DNA from: a virus | Lineage: Duplodnaviria; Caudoviricetes | Virus record (IMG/VR): IMGVR_UViG_3300005438_000120 | Coordinates: 33,467 to 97,466 of that record | Reading direction: 5' to 3' (one strand) | Length of the DNA: 64,000 nucleotides | Part shown: positions 29,009 through 37,805 of the stretch, in pieces | Layout: the number at the start of each line of letters is the position of its first letter | Position numbering within the stretch: position 1 is the stretch's first letter | Made by a program: the position numbers and the translations under genes | Notes under the pieces: generated by a model | The model's input: only the letters and a program-made list of their open reading frames with translations | Told to the model about the DNA's origin: nothing | Database searches by the model: none

Positions 29009-29930
29009 TCTCCCCGCCATCGACGTTCTCACGGGCGGATTCCCGTGTCAAGACCTCAGCGTCGCAGGAAGGCGAGCCGGTCTGGCCGGTGGCAGAAGTG
29101 GGCTTTTCTTTGAACTCGTACGAATTTTGGAGAGCACTCACCCAGAGTGGTTTTGCTTCGAAAACGTTCCCGGTCTACTGTCAAGCAATTCCGGCAGAGA
29201 CATGGGAGTCGTTCTCTCCTCGCTGGTCGAATGCGGGTACGGCGTCGCGTATCGGGTTCTCAACGCACAGTTTTTCGGAGTCGCCCAACGACGCCGTAGG
29301 GTGTTCGTTGTCGGACATTCTTCAGGAGACTACAGACGTGCCGCAGCGGTTTTATTTGAGCGCCAAGGCGTGCGCTGGAATTCTTCGCAGGAGCGCCAAT
29401 CGGGGCGTAGCCCTTCCGTCTTCTCTGTCGGAGGCTTTGGAGGCTACCGTGACAACGGACAAGATGATGGTTCGAAACTTGTCGTCATTCCGATCCAATA
29501 CGCCGAGCAATGGGGACGAGACAAACGGCAGAACGGCACTGGCATCGGAGACCCAGGCGGTCCCTCCTACACGCTTGACCGAAGCTATGAGCACGGCGTT
29601 ATGGTCTCGCATACGTTGCGCGGCTCCGAAGGTTTTGACGCGAGCGAGGACGGCACGGGGCGCGGAGTTCCTGTCTTCGCTTTCAACCATCAGAGCGGCG
29701 GTAGCAAACCTAGGATCGGAGGATCAAATGAGTTCTCCGACGCTCTTAGTAGATCGCAAACCTCCGCTATCTACAGTGCGTCGATTGACACCTCTAGAAT
29801 GCGAAAGACTTCAGGGGTTCCCCGACCATTGGACGTGCGTGAAGTTGCCGAAAGTTCGGAGATCACCGACGAAGAATCACCCGAAGTGGGCGCCATTGAC
29901 GCGCTTGAAAAGAGCGCGGCATCGCAATGA
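28962..29930 (+). pseudogene. C5 cytosine methyltransferase, catalytic frame lacking motif I
   Basis: Frame open from 28962: DADIRE..IDVLTGGFPCQDLS (IV), ENVPGL (VI), QRRRRVF (VIII); in-frame stop at 28959-28961 and no FxGxG. Confidence 0.75.
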
Positions 29931-29934
29931 ATGA
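29005..29934 (+). CDS. Overlapping-frame C5-MTase partner polypeptide carrying motif IX
   Basis: SLSDIL...FYLSAKACAGILRR and RRLTPLECERLQGFPDHWT. Confidence 0.7.
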   Translation: MISPPSTFSRADSRVKTSASQEGEPVWPVAEVGFSLNSYEFWRALTQSGFASKTFPVYCQAIPAETWESFSPRWSNAGTASRIGFSTHSFSESPNDAVGCSLSDILQETTDVPQRFYLSAKACAGILRRSANRGVALPSSLSEALEATVTTDKMMVRNLSSFRSNTPSNGDETNGRTALASETQAVPPTRLTEAMSTALWSRIRCAAPKVLTRARTARGAEFLSSLSTIRAAVANLGSEDQMSSPTLLVDRKPPLSTVRRLTPLECERLQGFPDHWTCVKLPKVRRSPTKNHPKWAPLTRLKRARHRNE

Positions 29935-30132
29935 ATACGGAGGTACCCGCCGCTTGGCTTACGACTTCGGAGATTCAATCGGCATGGCTGTTTTTGTGCC
30001 CGTCTGCGAAAAATGCTCTCGGTTCGTAAAGGCGGGAACGGTGCGCGCGGGAGAGGGCGGGTTAGCTGATGAGCCGAACGCGGAGTGTTCGCGCCATGGG
30101 GCCATCAAGATGCTTTTCGAGGGATTCATGTG

Positions 30133-30552
30133 ATGGTCGCGAACTCCGTCACGCCTGCCGAATACCGCCAATTGCTGACGAGTCGCGCGCCGAAGGGAAA
30201 GAAAATCTACGCGCTCGGCAGGTTGAAGGCCGGAACGATGAACGGGCTGGAGTCGCGGTATGCCGCTCATTTGGAGTTGCGAAAGGCTGTCGGTGAAGTG
30301 GCGTGGTGGGAGTTCGAAGGCATCAAGCTAAGGCTCGCCGACGCTACATTCCTAACCGTCGATTTCGATGTGATGCTCGCGGACGGAACGATAGAGCTGC
30401 ACGATACGAAAGGCGGACCGATCGAAGATGATGCCGCCGTGAAGATCAAGCTCGCGGCTGAAAAGTACCCCTTCCGGTTTTTTGTGGTCCGTGAAAACCG
30501 GAAACGCGACGGCGGCGGGTTCATTTTGAAGGAAGTCAGTGAAGGGCTTTAG
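30133..30552 (+). CDS. PD-(D/E)xK nuclease, DUF1064-like / putative resolvase
   Basis: MNGLESRYA...LRLAD...VDF...HDTKG...VKIK.AAE.YP. Confidence 0.7.
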   Translation: MVANSVTPAEYRQLLTSRAPKGKKIYALGRLKAGTMNGLESRYAAHLELRKAVGEVAWWEFEGIKLRLADATFLTVDFDVMLADGTIELHDTKGGPIEDDAAVKIKLAAEKYPFRFFVVRENRKRDGGGFILKEVSEGL

Positions 30553-32268
30553 ATGGCAAATCGCCGCATAGAAATTGGCCGCACCGAGAGCCATCCGCTC
30601 TCGATTGATCTGATGACGCTGGTCGATACGCGGCTGCTAGTGCAGGCCAACAGCGGTGGAGGAAAGTCGGGAACGCTCCGGCTGATCGCGGAACGTGCCT
30701 CGCCGCACATTCAGACCATCATCCTCGATAACGACGGCGAGTTCGCCACGCTTCGCGAAAAGGTAGACATGCTACTGATCGGCGAAGGCGGCGAAGTCCC
30801 GGCTACGGTTCGCTCGGCAGGGTTGCTTGCTCGGCGACTTTTAGAAGCGCAGGTGTCGGCGGTAGTCGATATGTACGAAATGGGGTTGAACGAGCGGCGC
30901 GATTTCGTAGCCGAGTTCCTGAAATCGCTGATATCCCTGCCGCGCAGTCTGTGGCGTCCAACGTTGATCGGGCTTGACGAGGCGCACCTGTACGCGCCGC
31001 AGAGCGGTGAGGAATCATCTAGCGAGTGGGTTGCAGCGCTTCTAGCGCAGGGGCGCAAGCGGGGATACTGCGCGATCGTAGCGACGCAGAGGCTTTCAAA
31101 ACTGCACAAAGATGTAGCCGCTGAATGCAACAACGTCCTTATCGGTCGTACGTGGCTTGACGTAGATCAAAAGCGCGCGGGAGACATTCTCGGCATGTCG
31201 AAAGCGGACAGCGTCGCGCTCCGCGATTTGCCGCCGCAAACATTCTACGGATTCGGTCCCGCGTTCTCGGTGAATGGCGTTTTCAAGATGCGGACGGATG
31301 ATGTCGCTACTACGATGCCGAAAGCCGGACATCGTTTCGACGTGGCTGTTCCTCCGCCATCATCCAAGGTGCGTTCGATTCTCGCGGCGGAATTCGCGAA
31401 CCTTCCTGCTGAAGCGGAAGAGCAGGCGCGTGACTTAACGGACGCACGGCGCAAGATTGTCGAGTTGCAACGGCAGCTTCAAGCTAAGCCGTCTGCCGCA
31501 CCTAGCGGCGCTGATCTTCTGCGCGCTAAAACCGAAGGCAAGCGCGAATCGGATGCGGTATGGAAAGCTACGACCGCTGCGCTTGAAGCAGCACGGCGCG
31601 ATGATCGTTTCCGGTTCGAACGACTACGCCGCTTACTCGCGAAACTTGCGCCGATGTTTTCCGACTTCGCGAAAGAGCTTTCCGTCGAACTTCCTGATGT
31701 GAAGATGCCGGAGGCGGTTCCGGTACCGCCGTCGCACGGTCACGCTACACCGTCGCGCCCTCTCGTTCGTGAGGTTGCGCGCAGGGTCGCACCATCAAAC
31801 GGTTCGTCAGCGGACGGCGAATTGCCGCGCGGAGAAAAGGCGACGTTGATCGTCTGTGCTCAATATCCGGACGGGGCAACTCGTGAACAGATGACCGTGC
31901 TGACCGGTTACAAAAGGTCTACGCGAGATGCGTACATCCAGCGCCTGCGCGAAAGGGGTTACGTAGATGTGCGAGGCGAGCTTATTCTCGCGACAGATGA
32001 GGGTGTCGCGGCTCTCGGGAGCGATTTCGAGCCGCTGCCGGTTGGCGCAGATTTGCGGGCGTACTGGCTTGCCAAACTTCCGGGCGGCGAGCGTGCCGTC
32101 CTTCAGGTGTTGATCGATGCTCATCCTGACGCGGTTGAGCGTTCGGAGATAGACAAGGTGACCGGATTCAAACGCTCTACTCGTGACGCCTATTTGCAGC
32201 GATTGCAGGTGAAGCGGCTCGTGACTTCGGATCGCGGCGAGGTGCGGGCGAGTGAGTTACTTTTCTGA
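30553..32268 (+). CDS. HerA/FtsK-like ATPase with two C-terminal winged-helix repeats
   Basis: ANSGGGKS, DEAH..AP, GRKRG...ATQR; two TG(Y/F)KRSTRDAYxQRL repeats. Confidence 0.8.
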   Translation: MANRRIEIGRTESHPLSIDLMTLVDTRLLVQANSGGGKSGTLRLIAERASPHIQTIILDNDGEFATLREKVDMLLIGEGGEVPATVRSAGLLARRLLEAQVSAVVDMYEMGLNERRDFVAEFLKSLISLPRSLWRPTLIGLDEAHLYAPQSGEESSSEWVAALLAQGRKRGYCAIVATQRLSKLHKDVAAECNNVLIGRTWLDVDQKRAGDILGMSKADSVALRDLPPQTFYGFGPAFSVNGVFKMRTDDVATTMPKAGHRFDVAVPPPSSKVRSILAAEFANLPAEAEEQARDLTDARRKIVELQRQLQAKPSAAPSGADLLRAKTEGKRESDAVWKATTAALEAARRDDRFRFERLRRLLAKLAPMFSDFAKELSVELPDVKMPEAVPVPPSHGHATPSRPLVREVARRVAPSNGSSADGELPRGEKATLIVCAQYPDGATREQMTVLTGYKRSTRDAYIQRLRERGYVDVRGELILATDEGVAALGSDFEPLPVGADLRAYWLAKLPGGERAVLQVLIDAHPDAVERSEIDKVTGFKRSTRDAYLQRLQVKRLVTSDRGEVRASELLF

Positions 32269-32332
32269 GATAATCGAAAAGCGCGAAGATTTTTCTTGAC
32301 AGAGCCAAGCGTATGCCTACACTTAAGCCAAC

Positions 32333-32815
32333 TTGGGAAAAGTGTGCGTTGCCGAAGTCTCGGAAAAGATTGAAGATTCTGAGGCAATCGAAGATAGATT
32401 TCGCGAGCGGCGCGCCGCTACTATCCTGAACCAATTCAAAAAGTTACGCTCGCATCTAGCGTCGGCTAAATCGCTGATGCATGAAGAGCGCGACCCGGCA
32501 AAGACGCGGGATTGGGTTTTGGATGTTGACCTAGCCTGCCGCCGCGCGTGCTCAAAAGCGAAGCTCCGAAACGTCAATACGCTGATTGAAAGCCTCACGG
32601 CTCGAAACACAACGTATGGAGCGCAGTTCACCTTCGTGCTAGATTCGTTCCTGTCTGAAATGGACAGACTGAATCGGCTCGGCACCCCTGACGATTACGA
32701 CGACGAATGGGGCGTAGAAGCCGCCGAAAGGTACGAACGAGAGCGAGTTACGCGCTACGTGCGGACAATCAGCGGAAGTCAGAAGGTAGAGATGCGCAAC
32801 CCGCGCCTGCGGTAG
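32333..32815 (+). CDS. Hypothetical protein (late-regulator position)
   Basis: Preceded by TTGACA...TACACT; sits just upstream of terminase genes. Confidence 0.45.
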   Translation: MGKVCVAEVSEKIEDSEAIEDRFRERRAATILNQFKKLRSHLASAKSLMHEERDPAKTRDWVLDVDLACRRACSKAKLRNVNTLIESLTARNTTYGAQFTFVLDSFLSEMDRLNRLGTPDDYDDEWGVEAAERYERERVTRYVRTISGSQKVEMRNPRLR

Positions 32816-32817
32816 AT

Positions 32818-32973
32818 GTGACGCAGTATTTCACCTGCAAACATTGGAACGAAAACACCCGACTCTGTAACGCTTACGAATCGCGTCCGGGGATGTGTCG
32901 CAAGTACCCGTATGAGGGCAAGGCGTGCGACTTCGGATGCGGGATAAATCGGGAAGCGTCATCCGCCGCGTAA
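32818..32973 (+). pseudogene. C-terminal fragment of a YkgJ-like cysteine-cluster protein
   Basis: YFTCKHW...RLCNAYESRPGMCRKYP; N-terminal Cys cluster absent. Confidence 0.5.
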
Positions 32974-33030
32974 GTTGCGACGGAGCAACGAAATAGGCCG
33001 TGCATGTTTTCTAGTTTCCAAACCTAGTCT

Positions 33031-33555
33031 ATGAGTTACGCAGGAACTAAGCACGCAGGTGGGCGCCCGAAAGGAAGCAAGAACCCCGCAACGATCGAGC
33101 GAGAGCGGGTTGCGGCTGAGGTTCAGCTTCGCAGGTACAGAACGGCTCACCGCATCTTCAACGCGCAGCTTCGTCTCGCGGAAGGTTGCAACTACGTTTA
33201 CGAAATCATCGAAACGGGCGAAGGCAAGAACAAAAAGCGCGAGCATGTCCTCGTCACTGACCCTGAGCGCATTCGGCAGTTTCTCGATAACGGAAACGAG
33301 GAAGGCAACGGCGAGAACTACATGTTCATCACAACCGAGAAGCCTGACGGTAAGATGATCGCCGATATCTTCGATCGTGCATTCGGAAAGCCGACGCAAG
33401 CAATCGAGGTGACACGCACGCCTGATTCGGATGTCCGCGACCTAGACGATGACGATATCGATCCCGAACTTGCCGCCCTCAGAGCGGCTGAGCTGGATTC
33501 GCGAGAGAGAGAAGGCGCTACTTCGGGAGAAACTCCGAAGGAAGGCATCAACTAG
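33031..33555 (+). CDS. Terminase small subunit
   Basis: GGRPKGSKN, DRAFGKPTQ; precedes large subunit. Confidence 0.75.
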   Translation: MSYAGTKHAGGRPKGSKNPATIERERVAAEVQLRRYRTAHRIFNAQLRLAEGCNYVYEIIETGEGKNKKREHVLVTDPERIRQFLDNGNEEGNGENYMFITTEKPDGKMIADIFDRAFGKPTQAIEVTRTPDSDVRDLDDDDIDPELAALRAAELDSREREGATSGETPKEGIN

Positions 33556-35167
33556 CCTCTACCAGTTCGTCGCGCAGGCGTGGCCGATCATGCGGCCCGC
33601 TGTTCAGTTCAAAGATAATTGGCACATCGGGGCCATCTGCGAACACCTTCAGGCTGTCAGTGAAGGTCAGATAACTCGGCTCATCATCAACGTTCCCTTT
33701 CGCACAGCTAAGTCCACGATTTGCAGCGTCGCATGGCCTGCGTGGGAGTGGATTCATCGCCCTACGATCAAGTGGTTGTGCGGTTCGTACGCTGAGAAGC
33801 TGGCAATTCGCGATAACCTCGCGATGCGTCGGCTGATTCAGTCGAATTGGTATCAGGAGCGTTGGGGGCGTGGATACAACCTAACCGATAACTCGGATTG
33901 GGGCGACCCTGATGGTTTCGAGCTAACCGGCGACCAGAATCAAAAGGTCAGATTCGAAAACGACCGCAGCGGCTACCGAATCGCGTTCGGTGCCAGCAGC
34001 GGCGTGATGGGCGACGGCGGAGACCGCGTCCTAATCGATGATTGGCACGACAGGCAGGGGGCGCACAGCGACAAAGAGCGCGAAGCGTCGCTCGTCACCT
34101 TCGATGAAGCGGTATTCACGCGGCTAAACGATCCGATCGTTGATCCTATCGTGATCGTGATGCAGCGACTTCACGAGAATGACTTGTCGGGGCATTTGCT
34201 CGCTGCGGGCGGGTATCAGCACCTGCTCATCCCGATGCGGTATGAGCCAGAGCGCTCGAAAGTAACCGTCATCGGGTGGAAAGACCCGCGCAAGGTTGCC
34301 GGGGAGCTGATGCATCCGGCTCGCTTCCCGGAAGCGTACGTCGCCGACATTGAACGTAAAAACCCGTACATGGCGGCGGGGCAGCTTCAACAGCGACCCG
34401 CGCCGTCCGAAGGCGGGATTCTCAAACGCGCGTGGTGGCAGTTCTGGGATGATCTCCCCGCGAAATTCGATGAAGAGATTCAGTCGTGGGACTTGGGCGG
34501 GCGCATCGTAGACACTCACCGATCTAAATCGTCTCGCGGGTCCGGTAGCGATTCGGCTAACTACACGGCTGGTCAGGCGTGGGGCAGAGTCGGCGCGAAC
34601 TGCTACATGAAGCCTGAGCAAGTTTACGCGCAGCTTGATTTCGCGCGTGAAGTTGAAAAGATTCTCGATTTCTCAAATCGGCATCGCGGCGCAATCCTGA
34701 TCGAAAACAAGGCGAACGGACCGTCCGTAATCGCTACGTTGAAGGATAAAATCCCCGGAGTGACACCTGTCAATCCTGACGGCGATAAAACGGCGAGAGC
34801 GCAGGCCGTATCGCCGTACATCGCTTCAGGAAATGTGTGGCTGCCGAATCCGTACGACGCGCAGGGGAACCCGCGCGCTGACCGTGAGTGGGTTCTGCTG
34901 TTCATCGAAAATTGCGCGTCGTTCCCGAACGGGTCAAATCCTCCGGGGTCACACGGCGACGACGTAGACGCGATGACGCAGGCGATTCACCACCTGCTAC
35001 ACGCAAGAGGTGAGGCCGGAACGGCAATCGAGTTCCTACGTCTCCGCGCCGCAAAGATATTCGAAAACGAACACGCAGAGCGGCACCGCAACAAGCAGAC
35101 CGAATGTCCCGGCACGGAATGTCAGATCATCACGGAGATCATGAAAGAGCGGGGACTTGCCGCTTGA
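33449..35167 (+). CDS. terL: Terminase large subunit
   Basis: INVPFRTAKS Walker A, LIDD Walker B, MQRLHENDL, QQRP.P, QSWD, IENKANG, FP...DDVDAMTQA. Confidence 0.93.
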   Translation: MTISIPNLPPSERLSWIREREKALLREKLRRKASTSLYQFVAQAWPIMRPAVQFKDNWHIGAICEHLQAVSEGQITRLIINVPFRTAKSTICSVAWPAWEWIHRPTIKWLCGSYAEKLAIRDNLAMRRLIQSNWYQERWGRGYNLTDNSDWGDPDGFELTGDQNQKVRFENDRSGYRIAFGASSGVMGDGGDRVLIDDWHDRQGAHSDKEREASLVTFDEAVFTRLNDPIVDPIVIVMQRLHENDLSGHLLAAGGYQHLLIPMRYEPERSKVTVIGWKDPRKVAGELMHPARFPEAYVADIERKNPYMAAGQLQQRPAPSEGGILKRAWWQFWDDLPAKFDEEIQSWDLGGRIVDTHRSKSSRGSGSDSANYTAGQAWGRVGANCYMKPEQVYAQLDFAREVEKILDFSNRHRGAILIENKANGPSVIATLKDKIPGVTPVNPDGDKTARAQAVSPYIASGNVWLPNPYDAQGNPRADREWVLLFIENCASFPNGSNPPGSHGDDVDAMTQAIHHLLHARGEAGTAIEFLRLRAAKIFENEHAERHRNKQTECPGTECQIITEIMKERGLAA

Positions 35168-35177
35168 GGAAATTTGA

Positions 35178-37199
35178 ATGGCGCAATCCCCGAACGGATA
35201 TCGAAACGGAGCGGGAGTGCCATTCAACCCGCAGGATGTAGTTGCGGCGGGGCGTTTAGGGTTTACGGACAAGCTCCGCGCGACCTTCAACGTTTGGATG
35301 GGGGCTGGTGCGCCGCCTGTCGCTCAGGCGCCGGCCAACGAACGTCCGCGTATCTTCGATTACATCCCCGGCTTCAACGCATTTCGTTCGCCGGATAACG
35401 TCAAGCAGCAGGATTCGGGCGGGGTATCGTTCCCGAACCTTCGGTTGCTCGGTGGGCAGACGGTAGTCAACGGGGCGATCTATCACGCTGCTGAGAAGAT
35501 CAAGAAAATCGAGTTCACATTTACGTGTCTCCCGAAAGCGGGCGAGACTCCGCAACAGACACAGGAGAGGTCTGGCAAAGACCCGCGCATCACCGAGCTT
35601 CGAACGTTCTTCGAGTCGCCTGACAGAGATCAGGATTACCCGGAGTGGATTTCGGATGCGTGGGTTCAGATTCTCACGTGCGATAACCTCTCGCTCCTCC
35701 GGTGGGACTACGAATACGGCGGGTCGAAACGAGGACCGTACGCGATCAACGTCATTGACGGCGATCACATTCAGCCGCTCATCGATGACACTGGTCGCGT
35801 TCCGATCGGGCTCGATGAAGTAGCTTACGAACAGTGGACGCGCGGGGTACCTCGAAAAGAGTTCACGCGTCGGCAGTTGATGTACCGCATGTGCTGGCCC
35901 TCAGCGCAGAAGGTGATGGGGTGCTCTCCCGTAGAGCGGATGTGGTTCTACCTGAACATCGCCCTGCGCCGGGACATGACGAAGCTCGGCTGGTACACGG
36001 AAGGAAACATTCCGGCAGGTATCTGGCCGGTGAGTACGCAGCATTGGGGTCCGAAGGACATCTCGCAGGCGCAGGACTTGCTCGATTTAATCACGTCGGG
36101 GCAGGGCGCGAAATCGAAATTACTTCTAGTCCCTTCGGGCGACGGGAATCCGATTTTCCCCGCCGAGAAGTCGCTCATCGATCCGTTCGATGAGTACCTG
36201 ACTCGGATGGCGTGCTACTTCATCGGCGTCCCGCATTCGGCGCTGATTAAAGAGCAGAACAAGGCCACCTCCGAAAACGCGCGCGACAACGCAGATGAAG
36301 AGGGGGAGCTGCCGAGAATTGATTTCACTCGGCGGCTTCACAACCGCATCGTACGGCAGTGGTTCGGGTACGAAGATATTGTTGCTCTGCCGTCCCGAGA
36401 CGTAGAGCTGGATGCAGGGCTTCAGAGCGAGGTCAACGATCGCGGGATTCGCACCGGCCTGCGGCAGATTGACGAGGTACGGAAAGAGAACGGGGACGCT
36501 CCTCTCGGCCTGCCGCCCGGATACCTCAGCGATAAGCGGGGGTATCGGACATTCGAGGCGGATTTGGCGGACCTCGCACGCGCGGCAGCAGCGCCGGTTA
36601 CTCCGGCCCCTGATGCGCCGCAAGCTCCTAGCGATGACGTGCAGCCGGACGCGATTGTAGACACGTCTAAGATGGATGGTCCCTTCGAATACGCGAGCCT
36701 TCAGGTGAATATCATCGGCTCGGTAGCGCAACAGCTTCTCGATATGGCCGCGTCGATTCCCGATGACGCGCTTGCGGAAAAGGGCCGGGAAACCGATCCC
36801 CATGTCACCTTGAAATTCGGAATCGAACCGAAGGTGACCATTGAAGAGATTCGCAGTGTGCTAGGCAAAGACATAAGCGGCACGATGAAGTTCGGACCAA
36901 CCGCGTTCTTCGCCGCCGAAGATTACGACGTTGTTTTCGTGATGGTCGAAAGCGATGATTTGAAAGGCTTGAACTCACTCATTACGGAAGGCGTTGATAC
37001 GACCGAAACGAAGCCTAACTACGTGCCGCACGCAGCGCTCGCATACGTCGAATCGGGACGCGGGCATGAGTTCGCTGGAATGGGAACGTTGAACGGTGTC
37101 GAGTACCCCTACTCGGCGGTTTGGTACTCAGACCCTGATGGCAAGCTCACGAAGTTGCAGACGGTGAGAAGTCACGTCAGGGCGAAGGCGGTAGCGTGA
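35178..37199 (+). CDS. Portal protein with C-terminal 2H phosphoesterase domain
   Basis: Follows terL; GCSPVE, WYTEGNIP, DEVRKENG..P; after a Pro/Ala linker PHVTL...PHAALAY. Confidence 0.85.
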   Translation: MAQSPNGYRNGAGVPFNPQDVVAAGRLGFTDKLRATFNVWMGAGAPPVAQAPANERPRIFDYIPGFNAFRSPDNVKQQDSGGVSFPNLRLLGGQTVVNGAIYHAAEKIKKIEFTFTCLPKAGETPQQTQERSGKDPRITELRTFFESPDRDQDYPEWISDAWVQILTCDNLSLLRWDYEYGGSKRGPYAINVIDGDHIQPLIDDTGRVPIGLDEVAYEQWTRGVPRKEFTRRQLMYRMCWPSAQKVMGCSPVERMWFYLNIALRRDMTKLGWYTEGNIPAGIWPVSTQHWGPKDISQAQDLLDLITSGQGAKSKLLLVPSGDGNPIFPAEKSLIDPFDEYLTRMACYFIGVPHSALIKEQNKATSENARDNADEEGELPRIDFTRRLHNRIVRQWFGYEDIVALPSRDVELDAGLQSEVNDRGIRTGLRQIDEVRKENGDAPLGLPPGYLSDKRGYRTFEADLADLARAAAAPVTPAPDAPQAPSDDVQPDAIVDTSKMDGPFEYASLQVNIIGSVAQQLLDMAASIPDDALAEKGRETDPHVTLKFGIEPKVTIEEIRSVLGKDISGTMKFGPTAFFAAEDYDVVFVMVESDDLKGLNSLITEGVDTTETKPNYVPHAALAYVESGRGHEFAGMGTLNGVEYPYSAVWYSDPDGKLTKLQTVRSHVRAKAVA

Positions 37200-37630
37200 C
37201 GGCGCATTTGACATCGGAAGAAGCTCCGACAGCCGAGACGCGCATGACGCATGAACGCGTCATCGAGCTAATTGAGAAGTGGCGCGGACTGCTACTCCTG
37301 AACGCGCATCACATTGACGTTTGCTTCGGTGATGAGCCTTGCCCTACAGACAGGCTGTGTTGCGCCGAGATCGCTGTTAACACGCCGTATCTGAGCGGTC
37401 ACCTGCTCACGATTCATCCGCGCTTTTTTGAGAGTAGCGACGACGACAACCGGGAGCGAAGGATCGTTCACGAGTTGACGCACATCATCACGCACGAAAC
37501 GAAGTTGGTTCTAAAGCGCCTGCTAGTTGAAGAGAAGTTCACGACATGGCGGGAAGCGAAAGAGGCGGACGAGCGGGTAACGGATTACTTCGCCAACGTC
37601 GCCTACGCGCTGGAGTCAAGAGACAAATGA
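37196..37630 (+). CDS. Zincin-like HExxH protein
   Basis: IVHELTHI...E. Confidence 0.65.
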   Translation: MTAHLTSEEAPTAETRMTHERVIELIEKWRGLLLLNAHHIDVCFGDEPCPTDRLCCAEIAVNTPYLSGHLLTIHPRFFESSDDDNRERRIVHELTHIITHETKLVLKRLLVEEKFTTWREAKEADERVTDYFANVAYALESRDK

Positions 37631-37805
37631 GCACCTACACCCCGGACTCCCGCCGCCGTGACAGCGAGGGGCGTCTCTACCTTCAAGATACGAAGGGAAC
37701 GCTGCGCCGCGTCGCCGTTTTGGATGACGGCATTCACTTCATGAAGCCGATGAACAAGGCGGATCGGAAAGCGGCGAAGCGAAGAATTCAGAGAGTCAGA
37801 AAATC

